Below, one piece after another: positions 47,026 through 57,457 of a stretch of 64,000 nucleotides of DNA. The stretch is from positions 860 to 64,859 of the forward strand of contig CAZYIX010000009.1 in the NCBI GenBank assembly GCA_964647665.1. Reading direction: 5' to 3'. Numbering within the stretch: position 1 is the first letter of the stretch; every line of letters begins with the position of its first letter. Both the position numbers and the translations under genes were made by a program. The notes under the pieces were generated by a model. That model was given only the letters and a program-made list of their open reading frames with translations. It did no database searches and was not told the DNA's origin. The DNA is from an uncultured Candidatus Poseidoniales archaeon. GTDB taxonomy: Archaea; Thermoplasmatota; Poseidoniia; Poseidoniales; Thalassarchaeaceae.

Positions 47026-50000
47026 TTACTCCCAACCTTCCTCGTCGTAGTCGTCGTCCTCGTCTTCCCAGTCATCATCTTCATCTTCGTACATCAATTC
47101 GTCTTCGAGCAGCGCGCTGCCTGTCGCAACCGCGGTTTTCCAAGTGATGAAACCGATGACCGGTAGCACGATGAGAGCGATGATAATCGAAATTACAGTC
47201 AACGGATTTCTGCGCCACGCATCCAACCATCCAAGCCCCCATGCGTAATCTACAGCGACGCCGACGCTCATGCTATTGCCTTCTTCATCCACTTCAACGA
47301 CCTCATTTTCGACGTCGACAATCACGGTGATTCTGTCAACGCCTTCCTCTGCTTTCCAAGTGGCAACGATGACGTGTTCTGAGCCAGAAGGCATCAATGA
47401 TACTCGTTCGGTCTTGATGATTTCATCTCCAGCGATGAAGACTACAGAGAAGGATGATTCCGTCATGCCGCCGCTATTTGCGATGGTCGCAGTAACCTCA
47501 ATCTCCTTGCCAAGTCCAACGACGTCATTGTCGACAGCCACGCTCTTGACATAGAGTTCAGCGACGGTTGCTCCCAGTCGCACCCACGCAAGGTCATAGT
47601 CTCCATCGAGTTCGGCGGGTTCTCTCACCGGGTCGGATTCGGTATTGCCTGACATCGGGAATTCGTTGCCAGCCGCATCGTGTCCAGTAACCCAGAATCC
47701 GATGCGATAACCGCTACGCGGTGTGACGACCCCACCACTGGTTAGGTCAACATCACCAATCCACTCGATGCCACTCTCCAGAACCTGTGTGGCTAGCGGA
47801 GAACGTCCAGCAGCGATGGTTCGCGCCTCATCTCGCATCACCCAGTTGACCCACTGTGGGCTTTGGGTAAATGCTGCGCAACGGTCCTCACCTTCTTCCA
47901 GCACGCATTCCTCCCAGCCGTGGAAAGCAACTGGTACGGCGGAAAGGTCGCTGCGCGCCGAGATGTCAATGACATCAATTGGCTCAATTCGATAATGCAC
48001 CCTTGGTGGTGTGTGGTCAACCTGTAGTTGCAGGGTTGTTGCCACCGTGTCCCGAGTCATGTCTTCGCCTCTGCCCGGGACATTGCGGATTCCAGTGAGG
48101 AATGTTCGAGTCTCAGCGCTTTGCAGAGTGGGTGCAGCCGACAGTGGTACCTCAATGCTGAATCCACCATCGGTGCCAAGGCTACCATCAGACCAGTATT
48201 GCACCCCATCAAAGACCTCGACAGTAATTCCTAGGTTGCTAGGTGCTGGCGCTTGACTGCCTTCGTAGACAACGTGTCCCGACCAGCGCAACCTGTCGTC
48301 GGGCCGGACTGGAGTCGCATCGTCTACCGGCCCAAGCCGTGGTTCTGCGACATCCTCTACCAGATAGGTGCTAGCGTCGAGCACCAAGTCGTTCTCGACG
48401 CGGAAAGTATGCTCAATGAACTCAAACGTCGTTGGTTCAGCATATCCAAGTTCCTTGTACTCCAACGCTAAGTCGGATATATCTTCATCAGGCCAATCCC
48501 ATGAGAATTGGAAGTTGAATGAGGCCATTATCCAAGGTAGGCCAGTGTCGTTAGTGGTTACCATGGTGTGGCTGCTCGGCTGTAGATTGATGTATGGTCC
48601 CTCAGACCAGAATGACCCGTTTCGTCCAGAGAAAGAGATTTTTTGTTGGTCACGGGTGGGGTCTGGGCCTTCAAAGTCGAATATCAGTGTGATATACTCA
48701 AAATCAATGACACCGTTAGCATCGACTAGTCCAACGCTAATGGTCTGGTCCACACCAGAGAACACTGAATTGCCATCAGTATGGCCATACCACGTTACTC
48801 CTGTAAACACAGATTGCATATCCTTGCGGGTTTGGTATGTGGCAAGGTCGTAGCCAAACCCGGGTCCATCCGGTGATGTGAACGAGTTACCGGATGGGTC
48901 TGTTCCGCTGATGTAGTAGGATACGCGCGCCATATTGGGGTTGCGTGAATCATCGATAGTACTGGTGAAAATCTTGTGCTCTGCATCGGTCATGTTGGTC
49001 AATGTCTTGTTGACATATTCACCATCATCAGCTGCGCCATTGCGATTGGTGTCATGATCGGCCTCAACCCAATAAAACAATTTCAGTTGTTCAGGAGAGC
49101 CCACTGCGTCGTCGACGTTGATGACAATTTGTTGTTCAGAACTCGACGCCTCATAGCCACCCTCCAAGGGCCATGAGTAAACTATGGCTGGAGATGTAGC
49201 ATCGACGCGTATTGTTCGACGCCAAGAGTCATTGGTGGGCATCACTTTGGTAGGGTCTCTTTCATTGTAGGTTTGAATCTCGAAAGTGACACCGTCCGGT
49301 GCATCGAAGTCAGGAACTTCAACTGAGATGAAGAACGCTCCATCCGGGTTGGATTGGTCTTTCCACGTCGCACCAGAATAGTCACCCTGACTATCCTTGC
49401 GCGCCACGCGCACATCAAACATCGAGTTGAGTGGAGCATCTTCGGTGCCATCGAACCAGATTTGCCCTTGGAAGTGGACCGTTTCACCTGCTGAAACCCA
49501 ATCTCCGCTCTGTACATCGTTGTTGGTCACTTCACCTTCGACGTCTCGTAGGGCCAGCCAGCCCAGTCCATAGGACTGGTTGACACGAATGCCTGCAGGT
49601 CCGGTCGAGAGAATGACCGGGGTTCTGCCGTTATCATCGGTACTGGACACTCTGAACCCGACATTATTCTGCTCCGGGAAGTCGGCAGTGATTCTGAACG
49701 ACCAGTGAATCTCAAAGATTCCATTGCTGTTATTTGTCCAAGTACCGGCTTGATTAGGCATTATCCAGTCTTCTGGGTCGTCATCGACCAATGAACCATC
49801 ATCGGTCCAAGTTAATCCCGGTGCGTCAGAACTTGGCGCAGCGATGAAAGATAATTGTGCGCTGGTGATAGCCAAAGCGGTATCGCCAATCACGTGTCTA
49901 GTCACGACTTCATATGGAGTATTACGTTCATGCAGCACCATGTCCTCATCGAAGTTAATGTCCAGATTTACCGTCTGCATGGTGTACTCGATGTTGAAAG

Positions 50001-52074
50001 AGACAATCTCTACGTACCCGGCTGCAGAAGACTTCACTGTCAGCGGCACTGTGACGGTACCAGAGCCTGTCCCGGGGATTTCGTTGTTAATCGCATCATC
50101 CAGAGTAGAACCACCCGCCGAACCAGAAGATGCAGAGGTAGTACCGATCAGAGTCCCCGTGTAGGACCATTCATTGGTCCCGTCATCTCCGATATCGAGT
50201 TTGACATTTTGTGGAGCGTTGCTGTAGGCTGACATATTGAAATCCAATACCGTCGGCGAGAACTGATTATTCGAGCCGGCGTAGAGATAGATGCATAAGG
50301 TCAGGTAAGTTGGTGTGCCTGTGAATGAAACTGTTGTTCCGCTTGTGGGAACTGCATGCGTCGAGGTTCCACAAACGCTTGTCCCAGTTCTCCAATAAAC
50401 AGTGACTGATGAGCCACCGGGTGTTGAAGCGTTCCACCATACAGTTGCCGCAATAGGCATTGTGCCTGCGAATGAATAGCGATACATCCTCATGTGACCA
50501 GAGGATAGGTAGGTTGCTGTGTAAGACAGTCCAACAGAATCGAGAATGGGAGTGACTGAAGTTGTACCGTTCAGCCATGCCTTCCATGCAATCTGGCTGC
50601 CAGCGTTGGCGAAGGTCACCACGCTTCCAACGGTTGCTCTTTTCCAAGTGGCACCGCCATCGTTGGTCACCATGAACTCGATGGAAGTCCCACTTGGCTC
50701 CCAAGTGAAGGCCGAACCGAGAGTGAGTTCTGTGACAGTCCTAGCAAGCGTGCTGGTCGATGATGTAATTGTGGAGGTAACGCTGCTCGGAGTTCCAATC
50801 CATGTTGCAGCGCTTGCACCGTTAACGTGTACGATGCGCGATTGCGAGGTACCACAGTAATTGGTGTAAAAGCAGGTGAAGCCGATTTCACCATCATCAA
50901 TTCTCTCTATACCGTAGTGCGCTGTGTTCGGGAATAGGATATCACCCTGATGTATCGGCCACGTCGGTGAGTCGTGGAATACAACGTGCTTAGAGCGCGC
51001 ATCGCAGTTGGTGGAGGAAGAATAGGTACAGAATACGTTGTAGGTGATTCGAGGCATCTCGACATCTAATCCAGCGGGCACACCCTTGCCGCTTGGAATT
51101 GTGTTCAGTGTCCAAGATGCTAGAGCACTGGTTGGTGCGGTGCGGTTCACTCTCCACATGTCAACTACATAATTCGGGCTGTTGTAGTAACTTGAGAGGA
51201 GGTACATCTCGCCATCTTGTGGGTCAAAAGCGATACCAGAGGGGTAACGAGTACTACCGCTGCTCGGCATCGTCCAATATTGCTGACATGACCATGCCCC
51301 TCCGTTAATTGTCCATTTTGCGATATATCGGTAGGAGTAAGAAACCGTCCAAACCGAACCATTGCCATCGCTGGTAGCATCATTCACATATCCGGTCACT
51401 GAGGTGGTGCAACTTCCGTAGTTGATTGTGGCCAAACCAATGTATGCGTGTGTGCTGGCATTGTAGCGGGCTATTCTAGAAATAGCATTGTGAGATGACG
51501 ATGAGTACTCGAGGATGTGATATTCATCGCTCTGCTTGACTAATGGGCCAGCGTAGTTCCATGTCCCGCCAGTACCCATGGTCAATTGCCGGGTATTGGT
51601 TGCTCCAATCAAACCGGCCTCAGCAGATGAGTAGTGCCCACCAGTTGTGTTGAGAGTTCCACCACTGCTGGCAGATATCTGGTTTGAGTTCTGTAGAGTC
51701 CAGTACTGGGTCGTTTGCTGAGGTCGTAGCGACGCTTGGTCATTGTCTACATCAATACCAGTGCGGTAAGAACCACTGAACCATGGGATACTCATGCTGC
51801 CATCAGTCGTTGTAGGTCCACCGAAGTGGGTATTGGTGGTAGCATTGGCATATTCAGTGGTTGAAGGCTCGCCCTTGATGGTGAATTGAGCAGATGTGAC
51901 CTCTGCTCCATATGGCAAAGTTATGCCAGGAGTAGATGCATCACCTGACTGTGAAAAGGTGTGAGTGAAGTTTGTTGTGCCATCGGAAAACTGTGTTTCA
52001 ATGGTTGCCACGGTCAGTGGAGCAAGCGTTGAAAGCAGGAATAGCAATATGAGGGTGATTGCACTGCGTCGCAT
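47026..52074 (-). CDS. giant secreted cell-surface protein (about 1680 aa) with C-terminal TM anchor and poly-acidic cytoplasmic tail
   Basis: N-terminal signal peptide 'MRRSAITLILLFLLSTLAPLTVATI'; S/T/G/N-rich beta-type domains throughout; C-terminal 'LTVISIIIALIVLPVIGFITW' followed by 'EDELMYEDEDDDWEDEDDDYDEEGWE'. Confidence 0.7.
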   Translation of the reverse strand: MRRSAITLILLFLLSTLAPLTVATIETQFSDGTTNFTHTFSQSGDASTPGITLPYGAEVTSAQFTIKGEPSTTEYANATTNTHFGGPTTTDGSMSIPWFSGSYRTGIDVDNDQASLRPQQTTQYWTLQNSNQISASSGGTLNTTGGHYSSAEAGLIGATNTRQLTMGTGGTWNYAGPLVKQSDEYHILEYSSSSHNAISRIARYNASTHAYIGLATINYGSCTTSVTGYVNDATSDGNGSVWTVSYSYRYIAKWTINGGAWSCQQYWTMPSSGSTRYPSGIAFDPQDGEMYLLSSYYNSPNYVVDMWRVNRTAPTSALASWTLNTIPSGKGVPAGLDVEMPRITYNVFCTYSSSTNCDARSKHVVFHDSPTWPIHQGDILFPNTAHYGIERIDDGEIGFTCFYTNYCGTSQSRIVHVNGASAATWIGTPSSVTSTITSSTSTLARTVTELTLGSAFTWEPSGTSIEFMVTNDGGATWKRATVGSVVTFANAGSQIAWKAWLNGTTSVTPILDSVGLSYTATYLSSGHMRMYRYSFAGTMPIAATVWWNASTPGGSSVTVYWRTGTSVCGTSTHAVPTSGTTVSFTGTPTYLTLCIYLYAGSNNQFSPTVLDFNMSAYSNAPQNVKLDIGDDGTNEWSYTGTLIGTTSASSGSAGGSTLDDAINNEIPGTGSGTVTVPLTVKSSAAGYVEIVSFNIEYTMQTVNLDINFDEDMVLHERNTPYEVVTRHVIGDTALAITSAQLSFIAAPSSDAPGLTWTDDGSLVDDDPEDWIMPNQAGTWTNNSNGIFEIHWSFRITADFPEQNNVGFRVSSTDDNGRTPVILSTGPAGIRVNQSYGLGWLALRDVEGEVTNNDVQSGDWVSAGETVHFQGQIWFDGTEDAPLNSMFDVRVARKDSQGDYSGATWKDQSNPDGAFFISVEVPDFDAPDGVTFEIQTYNERDPTKVMPTNDSWRRTIRVDATSPAIVYSWPLEGGYEASSSEQQIVINVDDAVGSPEQLKLFYWVEADHDTNRNGAADDGEYVNKTLTNMTDAEHKIFTSTIDDSRNPNMARVSYYISGTDPSGNSFTSPDGPGFGYDLATYQTRKDMQSVFTGVTWYGHTDGNSVFSGVDQTISVGLVDANGVIDFEYITLIFDFEGPDPTRDQQKISFSGRNGSFWSEGPYINLQPSSHTMVTTNDTGLPWIMASFNFQFSWDWPDEDISDLALEYKELGYAEPTTFEFIEHTFRVENDLVLDASTYLVEDVAEPRLGPVDDATPVRPDDRLRWSGHVVYEGSQAPAPSNLGITVEVFDGVQYWSDGSLGTDGGFSIEVPLSAAPTLQSAETRTFLTGIRNVPGRGEDMTRDTVATTLQLQVDHTPPRVHYRIEPIDVIDISARSDLSAVPVAFHGWEECVLEEGEDRCAAFTQSPQWVNWVMRDEARTIAAGRSPLATQVLESGIEWIGDVDLTSGGVVTPRSGYRIGFWVTGHDAAGNEFPMSGNTESDPVREPAELDGDYDLAWVRLGATVAELYVKSVAVDNDVVGLGKEIEVTATIANSGGMTESSFSVVFIAGDEIIKTERVSLMPSGSEHVIVATWKAEEGVDRITVIVDVENEVVEVDEEGNSMSVGVAVDYAWGLGWLDAWRRNPLTVISIIIALIVLPVIGFITWKTAVATGSALLEDELMYEDEDDDWEDEDDDYDEEGWE

Positions 52075-52236
52075 TGGATTTCCCCCCTCCGGCACTCCGT
52101 CGGCTACGCCGACACCGTCAGGGTTTGTCTTTCAACCTTCTCCGTGACTGTAACTCGCCTCCAAAGGAGGCGTTTCACCAGTTCAAGCAGGGGAAACGGT
52201 AACGTTCACGAAGTGTTCGCAGGGTGGAGGGAGACC

Positions 52237-53070
52237 ATGTCATTCGCTTCGCAGTACCGCCGATTTGTTAGGGCTCTAACCGGCCCCTTCTCAACATTCT
52301 GGGAAGGCCAGCGCGACCGCCATTTTGTCATTCTAGGCAGTGCCTCATTCCTTGGCTTCTGCGGATTGATGTGGACCTTGGTTTTCTTCTTCTTCCTCGA
52401 AGGTTCAACAAGACCTGAATGGGAGGAATACGTTGCATGGAGTTGGGGAGGTGCAATCCTAGGCATTACTCTGCTATTTTTTGCTGGCCCAGAATTCATC
52501 CATTACCACGGTCAATACGCTTTGCTGAAGGAGTCGTTCCAGACCACTTCACGCGCTGACCTGCGCCGCAATCAGAAGGAGGCGCAGGTGGCTGCTACCG
52601 AATTGGGCAGCATTTGGGAGGCGCGCTTGCAGGCGCATTACATCGAACACGGAGTGATTCGGGCGCGCGAGACACCACCCGAAGCGGAAAACAAGGCTCC
52701 AGAAGACGCCCTTATCAACTGGGCCAACACCGATGACTCCAATCTTTCAAGATTGATTGCTAGTGACATATTGCGAATTCCCCTTCTCAATATCATGATT
52801 GGAATAGAAGGTTTGGCCATGGTATTGTTGCAATTGTACAACATGGGTTGGGGACTTGCTAGAGCTGTCGAAGGTGGCACGAGGGAGAACACACTGCATA
52901 TCTGGCAGTTAATCAGCGGTACTGAACCGGGTTCGTATGCGGCACCATATTTCGACGACATATCTGGTTGGATACTCATTCTACTAGGCGCATTCCTGTT
53001 TTGGGGCTCACTTCCTGCTAGTGGAGAGCGACCTCAGCCATCCGAAGATGAGCCGACAGAGGAAGAGTGA
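52237..53070 (+). CDS. hypothetical membrane protein ending in an acidic EEE tail
   Basis: TM helices near the N-terminus and C-terminus; SD 'ggaggg' 6 nt before ATG 52237; ends EDEPTEEE; stop overlaps the next gene. Confidence 0.5.
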   Translation: MSFASQYRRFVRALTGPFSTFWEGQRDRHFVILGSASFLGFCGLMWTLVFFFFLEGSTRPEWEEYVAWSWGGAILGITLLFFAGPEFIHYHGQYALLKESFQTTSRADLRRNQKEAQVAATELGSIWEARLQAHYIEHGVIRARETPPEAENKAPEDALINWANTDDSNLSRLIASDILRIPLLNIMIGIEGLAMVLLQLYNMGWGLARAVEGGTRENTLHIWQLISGTEPGSYAAPYFDDISGWILILLGAFLFWGSLPASGERPQPSEDEPTEEE

Positions 53071-53087
53071 ATTGCGGAGTGGCGCCG

Positions 53088-54008
53088 ATGGAGGTCGCTT
53101 GGGGGTGGGTTCGCGAGGCTATCCTCGCCACTGGGCTCATTGCGATTCTAATCGGTGGAATGTACGTTGCTACCGGGTCGTGGCCACCGATGGTGGTAGT
53201 TGAATCGGGCTCTATGATGCATGATGATGATGGTATTGTTGGGGTGATAGACCCCGGCGACCTCGTTCTAGTGATGGACCCTGAGCGAACCAATATCGAA
53301 ACTTGGGCGGAAGCGGTCGCTGTCGGCGGATCAAATGTCGACAACCACGGAATGCCTGGAGACGTCATCATCTATCGCAAGAATGGCGGCAGCGACACCC
53401 CGGTCATCCATCGTGCCATCATCCGTGCTGAGGCCTATACAACTGAGACTCCGCTCGATAGGACCAATGAGCAGTGTGACAACGGCTCTTGGGACCCGAT
53501 AACTATCGATTCTGATGGTGAGGCTGGCACATGTGTGTTGACTTGGTGGGTGCCGGGTACAGATGTCATCGGTGTCGAGAGAATCACCGTGGAACTTGAC
53601 TATCCTTGCCATCCCAATGGGAAACTGCAGATTACCGATTGGGATCCCGGTCATGCAGGGTATCTGACTACGGGTGACAATTTGTTCACTAACGGTTGTG
53701 ACTACGACCAGAAGGGCGGACATAGCGGTGGCTTGCTCGATGAGAACGGCCGCGCAGTCGAGGCAGTACGTGATGACTGGGTAGTCGGCGTGGCTGGCGC
53801 AGAAATTCCATGGGTAGGGGCCATCAAACTCGGTTTGTCTGCAAATAGTGGACAGGTGCCTTCCTCCTCATGGTGGAGTCTTACTTTCACAGCGATAGTA
53901 TTGCTTGCCATCCCTATGGTATGGGAGAAGACAGTAGCAAGGCTGATTGAAACCTCACCAGAAGTAGAACTTGCTAGAAGCGAGGATGAAGCCGACGAAG
54001 AAGAGTGA
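53088..54008 (+). CDS. signal peptidase I (S26/Sec11-type) with an extended lumenal domain and C-terminal TM anchor
   Basis: 'VVVESGSMMHDDDG' catalytic Ser box, 'GDLVLV', 'GDVIIYRK', 'VIHRAI' boxes; C-terminal TM then SEDEADEEE. Confidence 0.8.
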   Translation: MEVAWGWVREAILATGLIAILIGGMYVATGSWPPMVVVESGSMMHDDDGIVGVIDPGDLVLVMDPERTNIETWAEAVAVGGSNVDNHGMPGDVIIYRKNGGSDTPVIHRAIIRAEAYTTETPLDRTNEQCDNGSWDPITIDSDGEAGTCVLTWWVPGTDVIGVERITVELDYPCHPNGKLQITDWDPGHAGYLTTGDNLFTNGCDYDQKGGHSGGLLDENGRAVEAVRDDWVVGVAGAEIPWVGAIKLGLSANSGQVPSSSWWSLTFTAIVLLAIPMVWEKTVARLIETSPEVELARSEDEADEEE

Positions 54009-54016
54009 CTCGCCGG

Positions 54017-55564
54017 TCAGAGATATGGTGCGATAATCATCAGCAGTAGAGCGAGAAGCAGGATGAGGCTGCTCATGCTAGAAATTCGCTGGGCTAAGTG
54101 CTCGGTTTGCAGCGGGTGGGGATTGGAGGAGAATCGTGAGAGCCGGTCGATTTTATCGTGCAGCCAGTCTCTGAATAGATGTCCTCCATCAAAAGGCACC
54201 ATTGGAATTAGATTTGCAAATCCGAGTCCGAGATTCATCCATACGAACCAGAACATCGCTGTAATCAGCATCAGCATCAGTTCAGTGCCGAGTAAATCAC
54301 CGAGAGGTCCACTTGCTTCTATCATTTCCAATTCTTGCGGGGCCATGATCTGACCTTCGAATTGCACGGGTATCGCGATGATGGTAACCGGTTGGAATAA
54401 TGTCTGCAGTGCCGAGGCTCCAAGACTCTGGTCTCCGGCTGCGAAAGGTCCTGCGATTCGATCAATACCGGCAGTTCCACTACCATAACCGGAGATGCCG
54501 AGGAACGCATCGCCTTTCTCGACTCCAGCGGCGTCAAGGGTATCATTGGATACATTATGAGAGAGGAAATATTCGTAGCGGTCCCCGAGAACCACGGTTA
54601 TAGGTTCATCTTGACCGACTATCTGTAGTTCAACCGATTCCCCGGCAGAGCGATTTTGAATGGCTGCCGACATATCGGATTGGCTGGTGACTGTGTCATC
54701 ACCGAATTTGGTGATAATATCCCATGCTTGTAATCCAGCCTCATCTGCCGGTTCTTCCTCGACTACGGCCGTCGCATGTACTCCGGGATTTGTGGCAACG
54801 AATTGGCTTGCTAGAGCTGCGATAATCAGCCAAGTTATCGCTGCCGCATACAGATTGACTGCTGGGCCGGCAGCGAACATCCTCGCTCTTTCATTGCGTG
54901 GTGCCTTCAGCACCTCGTTGTTCTGCGGCTCGGCAAAGGCACCGAGAGGAAGTGGACCAAGCATTAGCAAACCGAAGGAACGAATTCTCATACCATGCGC
55001 GCGCGCTTGAATTGCGTGTCCATATTCATGGATGACCAAGGCTCCGATAATGGCTAGGGCAGGCCACCAGAACGGGAGCATCGGATTGACTCCGGGAATC
55101 AGAACCAATTGGCTGGGAGGAAGTGGTTCTACCTGACCGAAAGTGAGGATTGCCCCGACGAATGAAAGCAGCAGGATGAGAATAATCAACACCATAGCGA
55201 CTCCACATGTCCACAGACCAATTTGCCCGAATATTCTCCACAGACGCCTCGGTCGTGATATCCACTCTAGTACAACCTGTCCGCGTGAGGTTCGCAACAT
55301 CAGAATGAATCCCAATACCCTTGTCGCATTCCAGCGGTCAAGAGTGCCTCTGTTTTCCAATACACCGAGGAGAATAATCCAGATTGCTAAACCGAGGAAG
55401 GCCCAGTGGATGATTACAGCAAGCCAACCGCACAGTACTAGCATTACTACGCGCCTAACCCGCCCTCCAGTTTCCTCACTGGCCATAACCGACCCTTCCG
55501 GCCATATCACTTGAAGGTGTGGCGGTAACACGAAGCCGATATAGCATGGAACTTGTTGGCACAA
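54017..55564 (-). CDS. M50-family site-2 protease (RseP-like) with PDZ domain
   Basis: 'VIHEYGHAIQA' HExxH in a TM, 'NLIPMVPFDGGHLF' (LDG motif), PDZ-like region 'SAGESVELQIVGQDEPITVVLG'. Confidence 0.85.
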   Translation of the reverse strand: MCQQVPCYIGFVLPPHLQVIWPEGSVMASEETGGRVRRVVMLVLCGWLAVIIHWAFLGLAIWIILLGVLENRGTLDRWNATRVLGFILMLRTSRGQVVLEWISRPRRLWRIFGQIGLWTCGVAMVLIILILLLSFVGAILTFGQVEPLPPSQLVLIPGVNPMLPFWWPALAIIGALVIHEYGHAIQARAHGMRIRSFGLLMLGPLPLGAFAEPQNNEVLKAPRNERARMFAAGPAVNLYAAAITWLIIAALASQFVATNPGVHATAVVEEEPADEAGLQAWDIITKFGDDTVTSQSDMSAAIQNRSAGESVELQIVGQDEPITVVLGDRYEYFLSHNVSNDTLDAAGVEKGDAFLGISGYGSGTAGIDRIAGPFAAGDQSLGASALQTLFQPVTIIAIPVQFEGQIMAPQELEMIEASGPLGDLLGTELMLMLITAMFWFVWMNLGLGFANLIPMVPFDGGHLFRDWLHDKIDRLSRFSSNPHPLQTEHLAQRISSMSSLILLLALLLMIIAPYL

Positions 55565-55746
55565 GTGATGACGGCATCCGAAGATGGTAGGCGTGTGCAG
55601 CGCCGAGTCAACACGTTATTGCGTGACCGAGATGCGATTCGAAGGATGCTAGAACAAGCCAATCTGGACCGGGTTGCTCGTGAGGTTGGACGGCAATCTG
55701 TGTCAATCGAGCGAGTAGGGAAGGAACTCGGTGGCGAGAGTTGATT

Positions 55747-56397
55747 TCAAAGTCGAAATCGCTCCATCCACGTCGGCATTGCTTCACCAGCAGATGTTTC
55801 CTCGACATCATTGATGACTTGCTCCGGTTCAACATCAACATTCAATGCCTGTTTCACCAAGTGTGAGAATCCACCATCTGGCTGCTCAATTCTGCAGACG
55901 ACTGCCAAGAATTGGTGCAGTGGCAATCCTTGTTCCCAGTCGAGATGTGGTTTGTCGTTGCGAGTGAGTGGAAGTGTAGGGATTCTTCGAGACAGCACAC
56001 CAAGTCTGCCGGTTAGACTTTCAGTTTCAATCCGAAAAATCCGCCAAGAATCTCCTCTGACCCCTTTGAGTCTGTAAGCGTAAAGTGGCATCAGCCCGCA
56101 ACGTTCACCGATTTCTCTCATCGCTTCGTATTGTTCCCAAGTTCTCCCTGACAGGTACAATTTGCGCTCTTTGGATGTCTTGACTTCTATCGGAAAACAA
56201 ATATCTCCGCGTAGTGCCAAGAGGTCGCCGCTGCCTTCCATTCCGCTACCCGCCACTCTCACAACCAGAAACGGTCGCTCGATTACCAGCATCGCGCGGG
56301 CCCTCGCAACATCATCACAAGAGCGAGTTACAGCCCTGACTCCATTCGCAGAACCGGAGAGAACAGCCCGCAGTTCTCGTTCATAGATGGCGGCCAT
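55747..56397 (-). CDS. hjc: Holliday junction resolvase Hjc-like nuclease with an N-terminal insertion and roughly 70-aa C-terminal extension
   Basis: 'ERELRAVLS', 'VVRVAGSG', 'GDLLAL...IEVKTSKERKLYLS', 'WRIF' match the Hjc catalytic core (E..D..EVK); 216 aa versus about 140 typical. Confidence 0.6.
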   Translation of the reverse strand: MAAIYERELRAVLSGSANGVRAVTRSCDDVARARAMLVIERPFLVVRVAGSGMEGSGDLLALRGDICFPIEVKTSKERKLYLSGRTWEQYEAMREIGERCGLMPLYAYRLKGVRGDSWRIFRIETESLTGRLGVLSRRIPTLPLTRNDKPHLDWEQGLPLHQFLAVVCRIEQPDGGFSHLVKQALNVDVEPEQVINDVEETSAGEAMPTWMERFRL

Positions 56398-56541
56398 AGA
56401 ATGCTCGGCTCACATCTGCATACAATACAATCGCGGTCGCTGAACCGAAAATGCGTGGAATATCTGAGAGAATGCTACGCACGGTCAAGAAGTTGGTTAC
56501 GCCGTAACCATGATGCCGAACTTCCGCATGCCTATGTTGTT

Positions 56542-56613
56542 GCGCACGTGATCTAGTGGTTATGATGCATGGTTCCCAACCATGCCACCCGGGTTCAACT
56601 CCCGGCGTGCGCA
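56542..56613 (+). tRNA. tRNA-Gly (anticodon CCC), no encoded CCA
   Basis: GCGCACGTGATCTAGTGGTTATGATGCATGGTTCCCAACCATGCCACCCGGGTTCAACTCCCGGCGTGCGCA: 7-bp acceptor stem, anticodon stem CATGG/CCATG with loop TTCCCAA, T arm CCGGG-TTCAACT-CCCGG. Confidence 0.85.
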
Positions 56614-56720
56614 CTTCGATTACAATCGAAAAGAGTTGGTGTCACGCAGTACCGACGCCTATTGCCGAGCATTTCGCCTTCCTTCGCTACGCTAAGTCAG
56701 GCTCAGGCCCCGACGTGGCA

Positions 56721-57359
56721 TCAGTAGCGACGGCGGCGATATTCTCGAGTGCAATCTTGGCCGGGAAATTGGTCCTCGCTCTCGCGGTAAACTGTCTTGA
56801 GATTGTTGACGTAATTTTCCTCGTGCACCAGCATGATAAATTCGGATACACCTGGGTCCTTCTCACCGTCAAGCCAATTGAGTAAAATCTGCATTGTCAT
56901 GCGCGCACCCTCGCGGTGTGGATAAGCAAAAATATCCATCGAAATAGGCGGGCTGACAATAGTATCTCTGGGCTTCAATCCGGCGATTACCTCAAACATT
57001 GATCCGTAGGCTTCTTTCAACAGTTCACGCCTACCTTCATCTTGGCTTGGGCGGCGACAATCTGGACCTACAACGTGAATCAAATGTTTGCAAGGTAGAG
57101 CATATGGTTTGGTAACAACAGCTTTTCCTACTGGGCAGGGTTGCTGGTTCAAAACCCGCTTCTCCTTGGCAATTTCTCTGCAGGCCTCACGCAATTCGTC
57201 TCCGGCGGCCTGATGCATCTTTTCATCCAGTCCTTCCCGGCCTGCAAGACGGCTATTTGCACCGGTGACTAAAATGTCAGCCTCGTAGGATGTGAGGTCT
57301 CCTGCAATGACCTTTAATCGGCCGTGAAGGCAGTTTCTAGCGATGATAACTTCGGACAT
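56721..57359 (-). CDS. macro-domain protein (ADP-ribose / O-acetyl-ADP-ribose processing)
   Basis: 'IAGDLTSYEADILVTGANSRLAGREGLDEKMHQAAG...KHLIHVVGP' macro-domain signature. Confidence 0.75.
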   Translation of the reverse strand: MSEVIIARNCLHGRLKVIAGDLTSYEADILVTGANSRLAGREGLDEKMHQAAGDELREACREIAKEKRVLNQQPCPVGKAVVTKPYALPCKHLIHVVGPDCRRPSQDEGRRELLKEAYGSMFEVIAGLKPRDTIVSPPISMDIFAYPHREGARMTMQILLNWLDGEKDPGVSEFIMLVHEENYVNNLKTVYRESEDQFPGQDCTREYRRRRY

Positions 57360-57457
57360 ACTTTTTGCAAGAGGGGTCGGAGGGATTTATGTTCATCGTC
57401 GGAAGGGTCCGGAAAGGCGCTTCCGACATCATAGATGTCGCGATTCTTGTATGCGAC

